DNA of 64,000 nt from Eledone cirrhosa (Eukaryota), in assembly GCA_964016885.1 (NCBI GenBank), contig OZ024740.1, forward strand, positions 33,046,001-33,110,000, in the 5' to 3' direction. The notes beneath the pieces are model-generated. The model was not told where the DNA came from. It was given only the letters and a program-made list of their open reading frames with translations, and ran no database searches. A program made the position numbers and the translations under genes. Below are positions 62,401 through 64,000 of this stretch, piece after piece. Numbering within the stretch: the stretch's first letter is position 1; every line of letters starts with the position of its first letter.

Positions 62401-64000
62401 TCATCTATATATTCTAGATAGAATGTATTCATCTATATTTTCTAGATAGAAAGTGACCATCTATATATTTTAGATAGAAAGTGACAATCTATACATTTTA
62501 GACAGAAAGAGTTCATTTATATATTCTAGATAGAAAGTGACCATCTATATATTCTAGTTATAAAGTGACCATCTATATAGTTTAGATTGAAAATGACCAT
62601 CTATCTATATATTCTATATACAAAGTGTTCATCTATATATTCTAGATAGAAAGTCTTCATCTATATATTCCAGATAGAAAGAGTTCATCTATATATTTTA
62701 GATAGAAAGTGTTCATCTATATATTCTAGATAGAAAGTGACCATCTATATGTTCTAGATAGAAACTGACCCTCTATATATTTTAGATAGAAAGTGTTCAG
62801 GTATATATTCTAGATAGAAAGTGACCATCTATGTATTCTAGATAGAAAGTGTTCATCTATATATTCTAGATAGAAAATGAACATCTATATATTTTAGATA
62901 GAAAGTGACCATCTATATATTTTAGACAGAAAGTGTTATTTTATATATTCTAGATAGAAAGTGACCATCTATATATTCTAGATAGAAAGTGTTCATCTAT
63001 ATATTCTAGATAGAAAGTGACCATCTATATATTTTAGATAGAAAGTGACCATCTTTATAATTTAGAAAAAATGTGACCATCTATATATTTTAAATAGAAA
63101 ATCACCATCTATATATTCTAGATAAAAAGTGACCATCTATATATTTTAGATAGAAAGTGTTCATCTATATAATCTAGACAGAAAGTGTTCATCTATATGT
63201 TCTAGATAGAAAGTGTTCATCTATATATTCTAGATAGAAAGTGACCATCTATATATTCCAGATAGAAAGTGTTCATCTATATATTCTAGAGAGAAAGTGT
63301 TCATCTATATATTTTAGATAGAAAGTGACCATCTATATATTTTAAATAAAAAGTGACCATCTATATATTTTAAATAGAAAATGACCATCTATATATTCTA
63401 GATAGAAAGTGACCATCTATATATTTTAGATTGAAAATGACCATCTATATATATATTCCAAATAGAAAGTGTTCATCTATATATTCTAGATAGAAAGTGA
63501 CTATCTATATATTCTAGATAGAAAGTGACCATCTATATATTTTAGATTGAAAATGACCATCTATACATATATTCTATATAGAAAGTGACCCTCTATATAT
63601 TCTAGATAGAAAGTGTTCATCTATATATTCTAGATAGAAAGTGTTCATCTATATATTCTAAATAGAAAGTGTTCATCTATATATTCTAGATAGAAAGTGA
63701 CCCTCTATATATGTTAGATAAAAAATGTTCATCTATATAGAAAGTGACCATCTATATATTCTAGATAGAAAGTGTTCATCTATATATTCTAGATAGAAAG
63801 TGACCATCTAGATATTCTAGATAGTAAATGACCATCTATATATTCTAGATAGAAAGTGTGCATCTATATATTCTAGATAGAAAGTGACGATCTCTATATT
63901 TTAGATAAAAAGTGTTCATCTATATATTCTAGATAGAAAGTGACCATCTATATATTCTAGATAGAAAGTGTTCATTTATATATTCTAGATAGAAAGTGTT
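50455..64000. repeat. 28-bp satellite DNA array (>13.5 kb, continues past the window end)
   Basis: Unit CTAGATAGAAAGTG(ACC/TTC)ATCTATATATT; period 28 (e.g. TAGAT at 50821 and 50849); an XbaI site in most monomers. Confidence 0.99.

Overview
AT-rich eukaryotic DNA, inferred to be an octopus or other coleoid cephalopod from its RTE/SINE families and abundant (TA)n/(CAT)n microsatellites. No host protein-coding gene could be confidently identified. Bases 1-50 kb are a nest of transposable elements. They include at least three related RTE LINE subfamilies whose ORF carries a C4HC3 PHD-like finger directly after the RT core, with one near-full-length 4.25-kb copy at 22842-27089. There are also an old BovB-like RTE, CR1 and CRE/RLE fragments, a hAT-Charlie transposase remnant, tRNA-derived SINEs, TTAA piggyBac-type and TA Tc1/mariner-type MITEs, several minisatellites and a 3-kb triplet-modular (T/P/A/V) repeat. 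Bases 50.45-64 kb are a 28-bp satellite array with kb-scale higher-order structure. The signals most worth follow-up are two type I hammerhead ribozyme folds (13183-13269 and 37066-37168; retrozyme/Penelope-LTR-like), the PHD finger inside the RTE ORF, a covarying 3' stem-loop shared by LINEs and SINEs, apparent (TA)n targeting, and a MITE split around about 5 kb of nested elements. Coordinates were read by eye; edges of degraded elements are approximate.
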